Positions 20,800 to 33,960 of a DNA stretch of 64,000 nucleotides are shown here, in pieces (the first letter of the stretch is position 1; each line of letters starts with the position of its first letter). The notes below the pieces were generated by a model. It had not been told where the DNA came from and made no database searches. It saw only the letters and a list, made by a program, of their open reading frames with translations. The translations under genes were made by a program, and so were the position numbers. The DNA comes from Proteromonas lacertae. Taxonomy: Eukaryota. The stretch spans positions 1-64,000 of the forward strand of contig NGBS01000602.1 in NCBI GenBank assembly GCA_002245135.1. Direction: 5' to 3'.

Positions 20800-23700
20800 T
20801 TAACACTCAGAATAATCAGAATCTTTTTCATACGCTTTTATGGTAGATTTCTTTACCTTTTTAGCTTTGATAACTGGCATTGTAGATGTTTTTCTTCTTT
20901 TTGCTTTCTTTGATTGGTTTTCATCACCATCACCACCGTAATTCTCCATCAAACCATCATACTCCATATATATTGATTGACAATCATCCAAAGTAGTAGG
21001 CAAAACAAATTCTTTAATATAATTCTCTCCTCTTTTATGATCTTTTGATATTGCTGTTTCTCTAGACTTTGCTTGATTATAAATATCAAAATCAGCAATA
21101 TTTTTGGGTTGTAATTTATAATCTGATTTTAAACTAGATCTCAATAACAATAAGGATATGAATTTACAAGATTCTACTGCAAAACTGATAACATTATCAA
21201 GAGGTTCATCTTCTTCATTTTCCTCAGTAAATATTTGAGATAATTGATAATATGAATTAGTTGAATTTAATGATACTTCTGAATCAATAAGTGATATAAT
21301 ACATATAGGCTCTTCTTCAACAAGATATTTGATTGAATATAATAGATTACATAAAAATGATAAGTATTTTAAATCTGATTTATTGATTGCAACTGTTGTT
21401 TCATTTATTGCTGTTTTTAAGAATTGATTTCTACTACACAATTTAGGATGAATACAATGCTCATAACTATATAAAAAATATAATAATAATATAAATACAA
21501 ATAATCAAATAAACAACTTTTATTATAATTAACTTCATATCTATCAAACACTTTCATTTGATATTCATACGCTTTTTGTAGTATTAAACTATAAGAACAT
21601 TCCCAAGTATTTCCAGAAATTTCTTTAATATTGTACAATCTTGTATTACATATTTCATGTATTGAAGTATATTCTAAATCGAATAAACACATTATTATAT
21701 ATGGAATAATCCTAATTGAAGGTAATATTCCACTCTTATCAAATGATATTAACATATCTGCAGCAAGATATCTTACATCCTCTATAAAATAACAACAACA
21801 TATATACTATTTTTATAGAATAAAACATCAATTATTGAATTTAATAATGATCCAAATGCGATTGTAAATATATTGATAGCTATATGACAATTCTTTATTC
21901 TCTATATATAATATTATAATAAACATACAATTTGTATTTCACTTTGATTGGATTGAGTTATATATGATAATGAATTTGCTCTTTTACTTTCATTTTTCAG
22001 TAAAGTATTTAATGAATATAACACTGCTATTGGAATTGTTGGATTTGAATGTTTTAATGCTTTAATGATTATCTCTTTAGTGATATCTTCAGTAAATACT
22101 TGAGGAATTACTGCAAATAATAAACATAACGACTATATATATATTTAAATATATTATTATTATATTATATACAGTGATTGATTTTAGTTGTATATTATCA
22201 GATGATAATTTATTTATATAAAATTCCTGACAGATCTTAGCACATTCTAATAATAATGGTTCTAATGAACTCATATTCTTACTATAATAATAATAATAAT
22301 ATAAATACACTGTAAATGTAATAGAACCTCCCATATCACCAATTATACTCAACGCTCTTAACATTTTCATTTCTCCTGATGTTTTATCCTTCAATACCTT
22401 CTTACATACATCTAATAGAGTAATTACTAATGTCACATCATTATCACAATTACATAATAATAATGACAAACATCGACAACTTAATCTTACAATTTCAGGG
22501 GATTTATTACTCATTATAGTGATGTATAATGATTTGCCAATTGGTATTATTATATCATGTGGAATAACAAGTGGTTGGTGTTGAAATACTTTATCAAATA
22601 GTAATAAAGTATATTTATATATATTGTTGTATAATTCCACTTCATTTTTATTATTTTTATCAAATCCTAAGTCTTCAATTGATGTAGTAATATAGATGGA
22701 TAATATTCCAATATATTGAATAAATAATTCAGTACTAATATCGGCAAAGATTCCTAATATAAAAAACAATGAAATAATTTCATTATTCTTTGTAGAAGTA
22801 TATTTATCTAACTTATTAATAATTATTCTAATGACACATTGAACTATGGATAATGAATCAGCTAATTCAGAGCTTGAAGGATACAAACCTGATTCTTCTG
22901 ATAATATATATTTGATTGACTTTAATAGTGTTGAATTGATTGAATTATATTTGAATAATTGAGAGAATATACTAATAATTCTATTCGTGTGAGATTCTAA
23001 GAATAAACTATTCATCTTTTCATTCTTTTCTATACCTTCTTTTATTGATTTATAGGTTTTACTATTGGGTGATGTAATTATTACATTTTTATTGCTTTTG
23101 ACTGTATAATTCCAATCAGATGGTAAAGAATATGGCGAACAAGAATCAAACCAAATCATTTTAATAAAATTATATACCAAATTCTTAAACTTTATGTCTT
23201 GAAAAGGATCTTTTATTATATTCATAAATTGTATAAATATTGATAGTTGAAAATCACTATCTGGATTTCTATATATCAATTGTCTCACCAATTCTAAGGA
23301 ATGTTTCTTTACTGAGTAACCAGGATCAATTAATAGATCAATAATATGTGGAAAGTATAATTCAATATATTCTTCACTACTGAAGATATATTCACCTATT
23401 AACATTACTGATGCATCTCTTACACTACTTTTTGGATCTTTTAAACATGAAACTATTAATTTCTATATATGTATAAATAAATATAAATAATATACAGTTA
23501 AAATATCATGTCCAACTCTATTTTCATTGTTTTCTATAATTGTTCTAATCCCTTTAATAGCTTCTGATCTTATCTTTGGATATTGTGAACTTAATGACTT
23601 GTTTAATATCATAACAATTAATGTTTTACACTTTAACCATATACTATCTCTCATTAGCTGTAATATATAGAAAATAATGTCATTTTCATTCAATATATCA

Positions 23701-25302
23701 GTAATAAAGAATTGTGGTAAAGTTGAGATATTCTTCATAAAATCATAAAATGAGAAATCTTTACAGTTTTCTTCTTGGGAATATTGATATAAATAATAAT
23801 TCCTTGCTATCTTATATTCAATAGAATTATAGTGATTGTATTGCCAAGCACAGTAATGTAATAATATTTGTCTATTAATGAATGTATTTGAATATTTCAC
23901 TTTCTTTATAGTTCTCTTTTTAAACTTCTCATTTTTAATCAAATTTTTTACCGTTTCAATTTCTTTCATAGCTGTATTATAACAATTACATCTTTTACAT
24001 TTCCAATTATCCATTGATTCTGATAAATAAATACATTTTCGATGGAATATTCTTTTACAGTCTATACATTTTATATCTGATTTTATATTGAAATGAATTA
24101 CATTTTCATTACAACAACTATATATTGTATCTATAACTTCATCATTATCATTATTATTAGGAAATACTTCTAATCCATCGATTTTATCCTTCAATATTTG
24201 CATACTATCACATATTCTAGCTAATATCTTTAAATGAATTGCATTTATATATTTATCTTCTTTAATCATCGATGACATTATATGTAAATAAATTATTAAC
24301 ATTCTTTCAGCTAGTGGCCACATTGGATCGCTAATAACTTCTAATAAATCTGAATAAAATACAAATAACATATTTCTATAATCAAATCCACCATTATTAT
24401 TGCTATATCCACTATCTTCTACTTTTTCTTCTTCCACTATTTTATTTAGCTTTTCTATTATATATATTATCAGATTATCTGATAGATTTCCTTTGTCTGA
24501 TAATGGTGTAATTGATTGTAAAAATAAGAGGGTAATGTAGGTTAATATTTGAATATGCTTGCTTCTCATTGTAATCTTTTCTACTGCTTGCTTTGTACTC
24601 ACTTTTAATACGAATAAGTTGAAGATATCGTCAATTAAGCTGATTCTATACTCTTCATATCTAATAAATATTTCCAATAGTGCATAGATGGAATATTGTC
24701 GTATTTTTAAACTGTATTTGTTGGATGTTACCCCTACATACTTCAATAAAGTTGAAATGAGGAATACTAATGCTTCTCCAAATAAATGACGTGAATCTAT
24801 AAGTATAATAAGTTGTGATAACATTAATTCTGCATCTATAATGAGGTTTATCTTCAATTTCGTCATTGTTTGGGATTTCGTGGGCTCTAGGATAGGAAAA
24901 ATTGTATCTTGGATGGCTTTTATTAGATTCATAACAAGAAGTATATCGTCATCGTGAACCAATGTCAGTTCCAGATTTTCACAACAATACAGCTTAATTA
25001 ATGAGGTAGCTTTTTGAGTTTTTTCTGATAATGCTACATAGTCATTTTTATTGGAAAGCGATGCTTTTAGGACTGATATTAGAAAAGTGACTAATTCGCT
25101 TCCTTTGTCTGGAGTAAAATCTTGACTCAACTCATTATCCTATAATATAAGTAAAATATGTATACTGATGTAATATAAGATTCAATATCCTCTTGAGATG
25201 TGATGGAGCTACTTGGGCCTATAATTAATCATATTATCATTTATATTTACTTTCAACTATTTGAATATTCTCACTTTGGCAAGGAATAATAACTTCAGTC
25301 AT
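20800..25302 (-). CDS. SCC2: Cohesin loader SCC2/NIPBL with PHD-like insert (spliced)
   Basis: DLLEVISDPMWPLAERML, PKIRSEAIKGI, SVRDASVMLIG, DPGYSVKK HEAT region, C-terminal YLSFLCNLL. Confidence 0.85.
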
Positions 25303-25322
25303 ACAAAAAAGAGAAAAACTAG

Positions 25323-25335
25323 TTTGGCGCGAAAA
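25323..25335 (-). promoter_or_regulatory. E2F-type site 20 bp upstream of SCC2
   Basis: TTTGGCGCGAAAA on the + strand (TTTTCGCGCCAAA on the - strand). Confidence 0.6.
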
Positions 25336-25499
25336 ATCGATTAAAATTTGAATAAGCGATAGGTTTATATAATCATCAAACTTATGTAATAAAATTTGAA
25401 TTTAGTTATGATCAAAATTTTATTTTCACTTATGTAAAATGCCATAGAATTTAGTGATTCTACAAATATTTACCCAATTAAATAATAGTATATAAGGAA

Positions 25500-28116
25500 T
25501 TATAATGTAATTTTTGAAATTAACTCTTGATAATTCTTAAAAGTAAGTATATCACTTGATATTATCACAATCTATTAAAATTAGTAAATTATCTATTTAC
25601 TTCACATTCTGATGATTCTTCCAACTTCTTTATTGCAGATGCTTCTATTCTAGTAATACCACCAATAACTACTATATAATATCTCTTCCATTTCGTTATT
25701 CCTTCTGGAGGTTCAATTAGATATGGATATTCTAACAGATTCAACTCACCAGCTAATAATTTGGATGTAAAATGGATTAAAGGAGACCATGACCTCTATA
25801 TTCAACAAATGAAATTAATTCTTACAATTTCAACTGCACTGCCTGTATTTTCTACTGAACTTAATCTTTCCTTAATAATATGATGTAAATGCAATATCTG
25901 CTCACTGGAATAATGAAAAAATGAAGAAATTTCTATAAATTTATCTAAAAATGTATCTAAATTGGGAATTGTATTTGTTCCAACATTATCTTTCAATTCT
26001 TGCATATCATTATCATCAATAGTTTCATCTATTTTAATAATAATAATAAAAACAAACATAAATATATATACAATATGAATATATAAAAACAGTCAATAAT
26101 CTAATCTTATCAACACTTCTTAATTGAGGTAATGATAAGAAATACAACAATCTCTTTTTAGCTTCTTTCATTGGATAAAATTCACCTTTGAATGTTGTAT
26201 GAGTTACCATTGTTCTTTCAAATTCAATCATTGCTGGGAATTCATGATATTTATATAATCTTTTTATATATTTAATGATTCTTTGATGTGTATGAATGTG
26301 ATTTAGTGTATTTCTCTTTTCATTAATTTGAGGTGGCTAAAAATTAAATATAATATTGTTAAATATACTGGAGAGAGTGAATCTTGACAATTTGATAATG
26401 AATTTCTTGCTTTTCTCTCCATTTTAATAAAATCAATTAATAATTCATCAATATTTCTATCTTTAAAACTCTCCCAAATAATATCTCTTTTAGGAAATGG
26501 TAAAAATGTGAATCTATTAAACAATTCAACATTTGAATTAAAATAACAACTTTCAGTTGGATATAATAGATATAATCTATGATTTTCAACCAAAAATAAA
26601 TCTTCTAACAATGATTGATAAGTGGTAGGATGAAGTAATGGAGATACTAAATCTGTTGTTCTATCTAATAACAATATACAACTTCTATCTGATATTTCTA
26701 ATTGACCGTTATATACATATAATGATTTTTGTCTAATTACACTATCTAAAAAACTTTGAATTCTATTGGCTACACTACAACATAAATTAGTATTCCAATA
26801 TCTTATTAATGGATATTCGTGGAGTAATGTTAAAGTATAAATTGTTTTTAATGAGAATTGAGTTAAGACTCTTTCTCTTTGACTACTTCTGAGACAATAA
26901 ATCTTATAATTTTCATTCTATAAATATTAGAAAAAAAAATAAAAATAGTTAAATACATGCATATTATGAATAAGGCAATTTACACCTTCAATTTTTGTAG
27001 TAATTGGAATGATAGCTGGAACTTTTATAATTACATTTCTTGTAATTTCATTTAATGTTTTTATCACCATAGTTGATGGATGAGTAACAAAATTAACAAT
27101 CACTTTATCATATGTAATTGTATTAGCTAAATCATGAATAACTTGAAAAGAAGAATTCATTTTATATGAATTTAAATCATTTTCAATTAAATATACAGCA
27201 GATTTACTAGGATATCTTTTTCTATGAACATTTTCTAACAGATCAACAGTATAAAAGCCATAATTTACTAATTCATCAATATTAGTAATAGTATTAAGTA
27301 TTGAAAATGTATCTTTATCTAAGATTAAGACTGGATTATTCAACAAATGAACACATTCTATTAACGATTGTATTAATACTGATTCAAATTTTTGTTTTAA
27401 TGTTCTTGTAGCACATACTTCATAGGAAGATGGATTGTAAGTATCTTGGTAGAAATGTAAACTAAATCCTTGAAAATCGTGTAATAGGAATGGTGAAATA
27501 TTTGATTGGTTTGAAGATGGGTTTGATTGAGTTGGTAAAAATGAATCATTATTTGTTGAAGTTGTTTCTATTACTGGTGTTGCATTTATTATTGGAAATG
27601 TTGATGATGATGATAATGAAGATGATGAATTATCTGTTATTGATGGATAAGCAACTCGATTGTGAAAAGGTGTTTGTAATATTGACATTTTCTTTGAGAA
27701 TACTTTTGGAGACATTGATATACAGATTGTAGAGTGACGACGAAATAATGCTTGCGTTTTCATCTTGAGACACTTGATATATCCGATTAATGCTAGATAA
27801 TCTTTCAGTTCATGACATTTGATAAATAATGACTTAATATCTTTGAATCCAAGATATATCATATTCTTTCTACATAATATGAGTAAAAGAGATTAAATCA
27901 AACTGTTCCAATGATTTATAATCAAATGGTTTTGTTAGATCAAATTCTGTGACTTTATCATGATGTTTTTCAGACTTATATATCAAAAGTTTGTTTTCTG
28001 GAGTCAATACACATAATCTGCATATGAGAGTATATTAATTACCTTTTCTTCCATATTCCAACAGTACCTCTTTTTATTTGCACAACTGATTTAAAAATAT
28101 AATTTGCTCTATTCAT
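25500..28116 (-). CDS. Sec1/Munc18 family protein with N-terminal extension (spliced)
   Basis: VLILDK...RKRYPSKSAVYLI, LLDRTTDLVSPLLHPTTYQSLLEDL, DKIRLL, VIGGITRIE. Confidence 0.85.
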
Positions 28117-28170
28117 AATCCGCCAAAAAACAGAATTATCGAGCCTATAGGTTTGATTCTCTTTTTCAAA

Positions 28171-28794
28171 ATGAATGTGAAACAAATCAAAAATACTCAT
28201 GTATACTTGTTTAATGATTAATTTAAATAGCTTTTAGATACAAATGAAACAAAAAAGACACTATTAGCAAATATTGAAGTTTTATTGAAGATATTAAGCA
28301 AAACATATGGACCTAATGGAAAGTATACAATTTTAATTATGTCAATAGTATAATAACGCTTCAACCAAATAATAAAAACAGATACATAGAAATGACAACT
28401 TGTTCATCAGTAATTCTTGACAGTGATTGTTTTACATCCATGATTATTATGAAAATACTATATCCAATATACCACATACCAATTTTGAAATATGGTGATT
28501 GTGGTACTTTTTCACTCCTATTTTGTTTATCCTTACTTAAGAATACTCTTAATACTACTTATCATCCTATTATAGTTAGTAACATTTATAATCAAATATT
28601 AGAATTGTGTATAAAACTCTTTTCATCAGAATTATTCAAAATCGAAGTATCTTGGAGTAAATTAGAACCACTTATATCACTTATATCAAGTATAATAGCA
28701 TCAAAGTCCAGTATAATAATCACTCCAGAAGAATTAAGAGAAATTTCAACTCAATTAATTACCTCATTTATATATTGTCTAAATCTACCTAATG

Positions 28795-28834
<40 letters not shown>

Positions 28835-29895
28835 AATATGTATTATAAATAGCCAAAAAATGGAATTAACTTTATAACAACAATCGGATCACTTCATCCT
28901 AAATTAACAACATATAATTCAACTATATTTATAGATATGTCATTACCACTATTATATCCCAAACATTATGAAAATTGTAATGTCATATTATACGATATAT
29001 CACTAATGTCACCAAAATTAGAGATAGAAATAGAAAATGATTTAGAATATTCATATTCAATGGAAGAATCTGAAGAAAATGAATTATTAGTAATTGGAAA
29101 TCAATTAATTAAATATAATATACAAATATTAGCATCTCAGAGAATAATTCATCCTTTTTTAAAATCATTTTGTTTTGAACATCATATATTATATATAGAA
29201 AGATTATCTATTAGATATATTGAGTTATTTCGTAATATGAGTGGTGCAGTGATTATAAGTAGATGGAATGAAGAAATAAAACCATCTTATATTGGAAGAA
29301 TTGATGAATTGAATGAAGTTGAAATATATTCACATAAATATATAAAAATAATTAAAAAAACGAATATAATAACACCAATTTCAACTATTATTGTCTCTGC
29401 TTCAAATACAATTGAATTGAATGAATTTAAAGCTGATAATTAATCAAATATTATCTGTTTTAATAACTATATCGAATATACCATATGTTGTTAGTGGCGG
29501 TGGTTGTTTTGAATCAATGTTAATAAATGAATTAGAAAATAAATTTAAAGATCAAAAAGGAGTTGAAAAGAATATTTCTTCTATATTTATCGATAGTTTG
29601 AAATTCACTTTAGCTAATTTGTGGAAAGTGATTGTGGATGATGCGGATGAGATTATACAACAAATATTGTTGAAGAACATTGTAACAAAAGATAAAATTG
29701 TGTTATATGGTTTTGATCCAGTTGAAAATGATTATTTCATTGCTGTAGAAGCGAGTAAGAATAATAATGGATATATTGCTGATAAAATCAAAGGCTGTTG
29801 ATTGTTATGAAGCAAAGATTTCTTTGTTTGAAATAGCTGTATCAACTGCAATTACAATATCTAGAGTTCGTACAGTTGTTTTGAATAAGTCTTAA
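28171..29895 (+). CDS. MKKS: Chaperonin-like BBS6/MKKS (spliced; two apparent +1 homopolymer frameshifts)
   Basis: TYGPNGK, YGDCGTF, ASQRIIHPFLK...IERLS, VSGGGCFE. Confidence 0.75.
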
Positions 29896-29986
29896 TATTT
29901 TTCAATGTAATTTAATTAGTTTAACTTTATGTGTGAAGATTTATAAAAAAAATAAATCAAGCCTTCAAGCAAACCTATTTTTGAAA

Positions 29987-30778
29987 ATGCTAATTTTGCG
30001 GAATATGTATGTTGCTATTTTGGTATATGATATCTGTTCAAGCATCATCATGTGATTCTTTATCATATTTACCAAATGAGCATTTACCAACCAAGTGTTT
30101 AGAAATACCAGACTGTGAAACAGATAGTGCAGTACTAACAGACTTTGAGTATATAGAGAACAAAGAAAATGCCAAAGAAGAGACAATAGTATCAATTTGT
30201 CACAGTGAGTCTTTTCTTTATTTTGAATTCGAGAATAAAGCTGATCCATTGATTGTTCAAAACAATAAATATCCTTTTTAAATGTATGACTTGATAATTT
30301 AATGTTTTTTAATTTAATTATACTCTTGATTCTTCCACCTCATGTCAATTATTACTATCATTAGGTACAGACGATCCATCCAATTATTATGAGTTTTGTT
30401 TAAATCCAAATGATCAATTTGTTGGTTCATATATACTAAATCCCTCAACAGATGAAATACAGACTATATACACAAATTACACATATTATCCAGGAATTAC
30501 ACATGGAACTACTGAATTGAAACATGAGAATAAGTGGAGAGCTTCTCTTGATTTACCGTTAAGTATGTTTAGCGAAGGGAAAAAGATGTTCCCATTGATT
30601 TTTCGAGTTAATATATATCGATTCATAATGATGAAGGTATTTATTCATGTATTTATTGAATAGGAATCAATAAAATGTGATAAAAGGAGTTGTAAGTTTT
30701 TAGCATGGGAAACTAGATGATATAAGTGTTGATAATCTACATAAAACTAATCAATTTGGTGTATTTGTTTTAAAATAA
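29987..30778 (+). CDS. Possible CBM9/DOMON-like protein (spliced, boundaries uncertain)
   Basis: YYEFCLNPN, WRASLDLPL and FRVNIYR motifs. Confidence 0.45.
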
Positions 30779-31010
30779 GCTGTAAATTATCAATTTAAAT
30801 AGTATTTGTGAATAAATGACTTTATTTATTGCTTTAATAAGTTTTTTTAAGGGTATTATATCATAAATCAATATTTTTGAAGTGCTTTATTTCTTTGAAC
30901 ATGCGTTTTTTTAATGTAGGTTCGAATTCTCCTCAAGTATTTCTTAAATTTCTTTTATTTCTCAAAAATTCTTTGATAAAATTAGTATGTGCATGATTAT
31001 AATTATTAGA

Positions 31011-32290
31011 ATGGATAGTATAAATGCTAAATATACATCACGACAGTTAGATGCTGAAGGAATTAAACTGAATGATGTGTTTAAGAGGTTTAAAATGTTA
31101 TTAGTAGAAGTAAAAAAGGTAATGACACACCTAAATATATCAAATTATTGCAAATTAGTGGAAATGTTTGAAAACAACAAAGATTTTATAATGGTCGAAA
31201 GGAGCTCATCACAAGAAACAATAGATTATCTTTACAGTGATAAAATACTAATAGATTCATACAATACAACCAATAAGTCATTGATTCATACATTAATTTA
31301 CAATAAGTTAAAATCAAAGAGTGCAAACAATAAATTGATAGAAGAGAGATTATTAGAAAGTGAAAAGAGTGTAAATACTTCAATATTATATAATACAAAG
31401 ATGATGTCATTAATGAGATACAATTCAGATGATTATTACTTTAATAACATTCATATAGTAGATGATGAAACTAGTATTAACAATAATCTTTATAATTGAA
31501 TAGGATTTGTTGTAGATAGGATGCTTTATCAATATGATATTGATAATGATACTTATATTGGTTTATACTATGGTATTAATATATATTTTAGTTTATTGTT
31601 TTAGATTATATTGGCAAAAATGGAATTGAATATTTGAGTATAAGATTATTAGAAAAAACAAACTTAAGATCATTGAATTTAGAATGTATATATATCAGTT
31701 AATATTATTAAAAATAGTAAATGATATAACAAATGTAGAAATTGAGTATATAAGTAATACACTTCGTTATTTAACAAATCTTACAGATTTAAGTTTTGCT
31801 TATAACAAAATAGATAGTGATGGGATAAAAGAATTATGTTGTAGTTTAGATTGCTTAAAAGATTTAGAAGTGTTAAAATTATATGGAAATAAAATATGCG
31901 ATGAAGGATTGATAATATTATCAAAACATTTCTATTGTGTAACTAATCTTATTCAACTTGATATAAGTGGTATTATTATTATAATGCTATTTATATATTC
32001 TATGCAGAATGTTCAATTGGTAATAGAGGTGTGAATGAAATGTGTTTATATTTTAGTGATATAAAAAATTTAGAACGACTTTATATTGGAAGTATATTTT
32101 TTATAATTATAAGTATTGATTAGGGAATAATGTAAATGAAGAGTGTATGTCATGTGTAATAGACAATATTAGTATATTAGAATCGCTCTCTGTAATTGAT
32201 TTGAGGTACAATAACATTGTAAGTGTAATAAAGGATGTAGAAAGAATAAAAGAAATTCATCCAAATCATCAGTTGAAAGTTTTAATGTAA
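31011..32290 (+). CDS. RNI-like leucine-rich repeat protein (spliced)
   Basis: LTDLSFAYNKIDSDG and LEVLKLYGNKICDEG repeats. Confidence 0.75.
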
Positions 32291-32437
32291 TTTAGTATTT
32301 ATTTAGTATTACGTTTTGATTCTATCACTTTATAATATTATTTTTCTTTGTATTTCAATGAAAAAATGTAAAATAAAAATTGAAACGAATATAAAAGTAA
32401 CGATCAAAATTATTTAATTGAATTTAGTTTTAATTAA

Positions 32438-33770
32438 ATGCCAGGCCCATTGAAGTTTTTAAGTAAAAAAAATTGGCATCCAGGTACAATTAGAGTATGT
32501 AATTTTATTTTATTTATCTTAGAACAATGAGAAAGTCTGGATTGCTGAACAAAAAGATTTAGAAGAGCAAAGGAAATTAAAAGAAAAGCAAAAGGAATTA
32601 CAAGAGGAGAGAGAAGTGAAAAGACTAAGAGAATTAAATGGAACTTCAAAGAAGAAGGTATATTTCGTGTTTCTAATATAATAGAACCAAGAACGTGTGG
32701 AATGGATGTATGAAGTGCCAGCAGCAAAAAGTTCAGCAGATGATTATTTAACAGGTCAAACATTAGCAACTATTGAATCAGGAGAAGACACAATCAAATC
32801 ATTACAAGAAAAGAAGGTACCTGGTGCTACATGGCTTGATAAATCAAATAATCAAATTAGTGATGAATTTAGTAGAATAAATGAAGATCCTATGTTTGCT
32901 ATAAAAAAACAAGAAATAGAGACAAAGAAAAAGACTTTAAATAATCCACTACAGTTGAAAAGAGTGAGAGAAAAACTATTAGAAAAAGGATATATAGATA
33001 AAGCTAAATTAATAGATGCATTGTTGAAGAAAGCAGCAGGATCAATTAATAGTAAAAGACATTCAAATAAAGATGAAGAAGATGATAAAAAGGATAAGAA
33101 ACATCACCATCGTCATAATTCACATTCAAAACATCACAAAAGTCATAAAAATAGAAAAGATAGTAGTAGCAGTGTTAGTGACTCTGAATCTGATAAAATA
33201 CATAAGAATAAAGATAAAAAGAAGAATCATAATCATCATCATCATAAAAGTAGAAAAGACAGAAGTATTAGTAGTAGTGATAGAGATAGTGATAAAGATA
33301 GAAAACATCATCATAGTAAAAGACATAAAATAAGTAAAAGATCTCCGTCATCCTCTTCATCATCATCATCTAGAAGCAGTAGTGAAAGTAGGAGTAGGAG
33401 TAGGAGTAGAAATAGAAAAAAAAGTAATATTAATAATAATAATAACAGTTTTAAAAGAATAGAAGAAACAACAAAGAAGAATTTCAAACGTGAAACAGGA
33501 ATATCAAAAACACTTAGTAAAGAAGAAAGAGAAGCCAAGATAGCTGAAATGTTGAAAGATGGTAAAATAAATGAAGAGTTAAGATGGAATAGATTAATGA
33601 AGCATGAAAAGAAGGAGAAAGATGAGGAGTTGGAAGAATCGAAGAATCCTTTGTTTTTAAGAGATATTAATAAACAAGCTTTCTCTGTGAGTGAAGATAA
33701 TGATGGTAGCATTGCAGAAAGATTACAAAGAAGAAAGAATTATGTTATGGACATGAGAGAAGAGCCATAA
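32438..33770 (+). CDS. CWC25: Pre-mRNA splicing factor CWC25 (spliced)
   Basis: FLSKKNWHPG, EKVWIAEQ, VEWMY, EDPMFAIK; His/Ser/Arg-rich tail. Confidence 0.9.
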
Positions 33771-33960
33771 TTCTGTGTAAAGTATTATCTTTTATATATC
33801 TGTTTGTTTTTTTAATGAAAAATATGTTGGTGGTTTTTATTTTGCATAATAATAAGCATATTCAGCTATTTTTAAAAAGTCATTTTATAAAAAAAATAAC
33901 AAGCTCAACTTGACTCTATTCGTTATATTTATTTTTTTCTTAAGATATAGTTCAATACAT

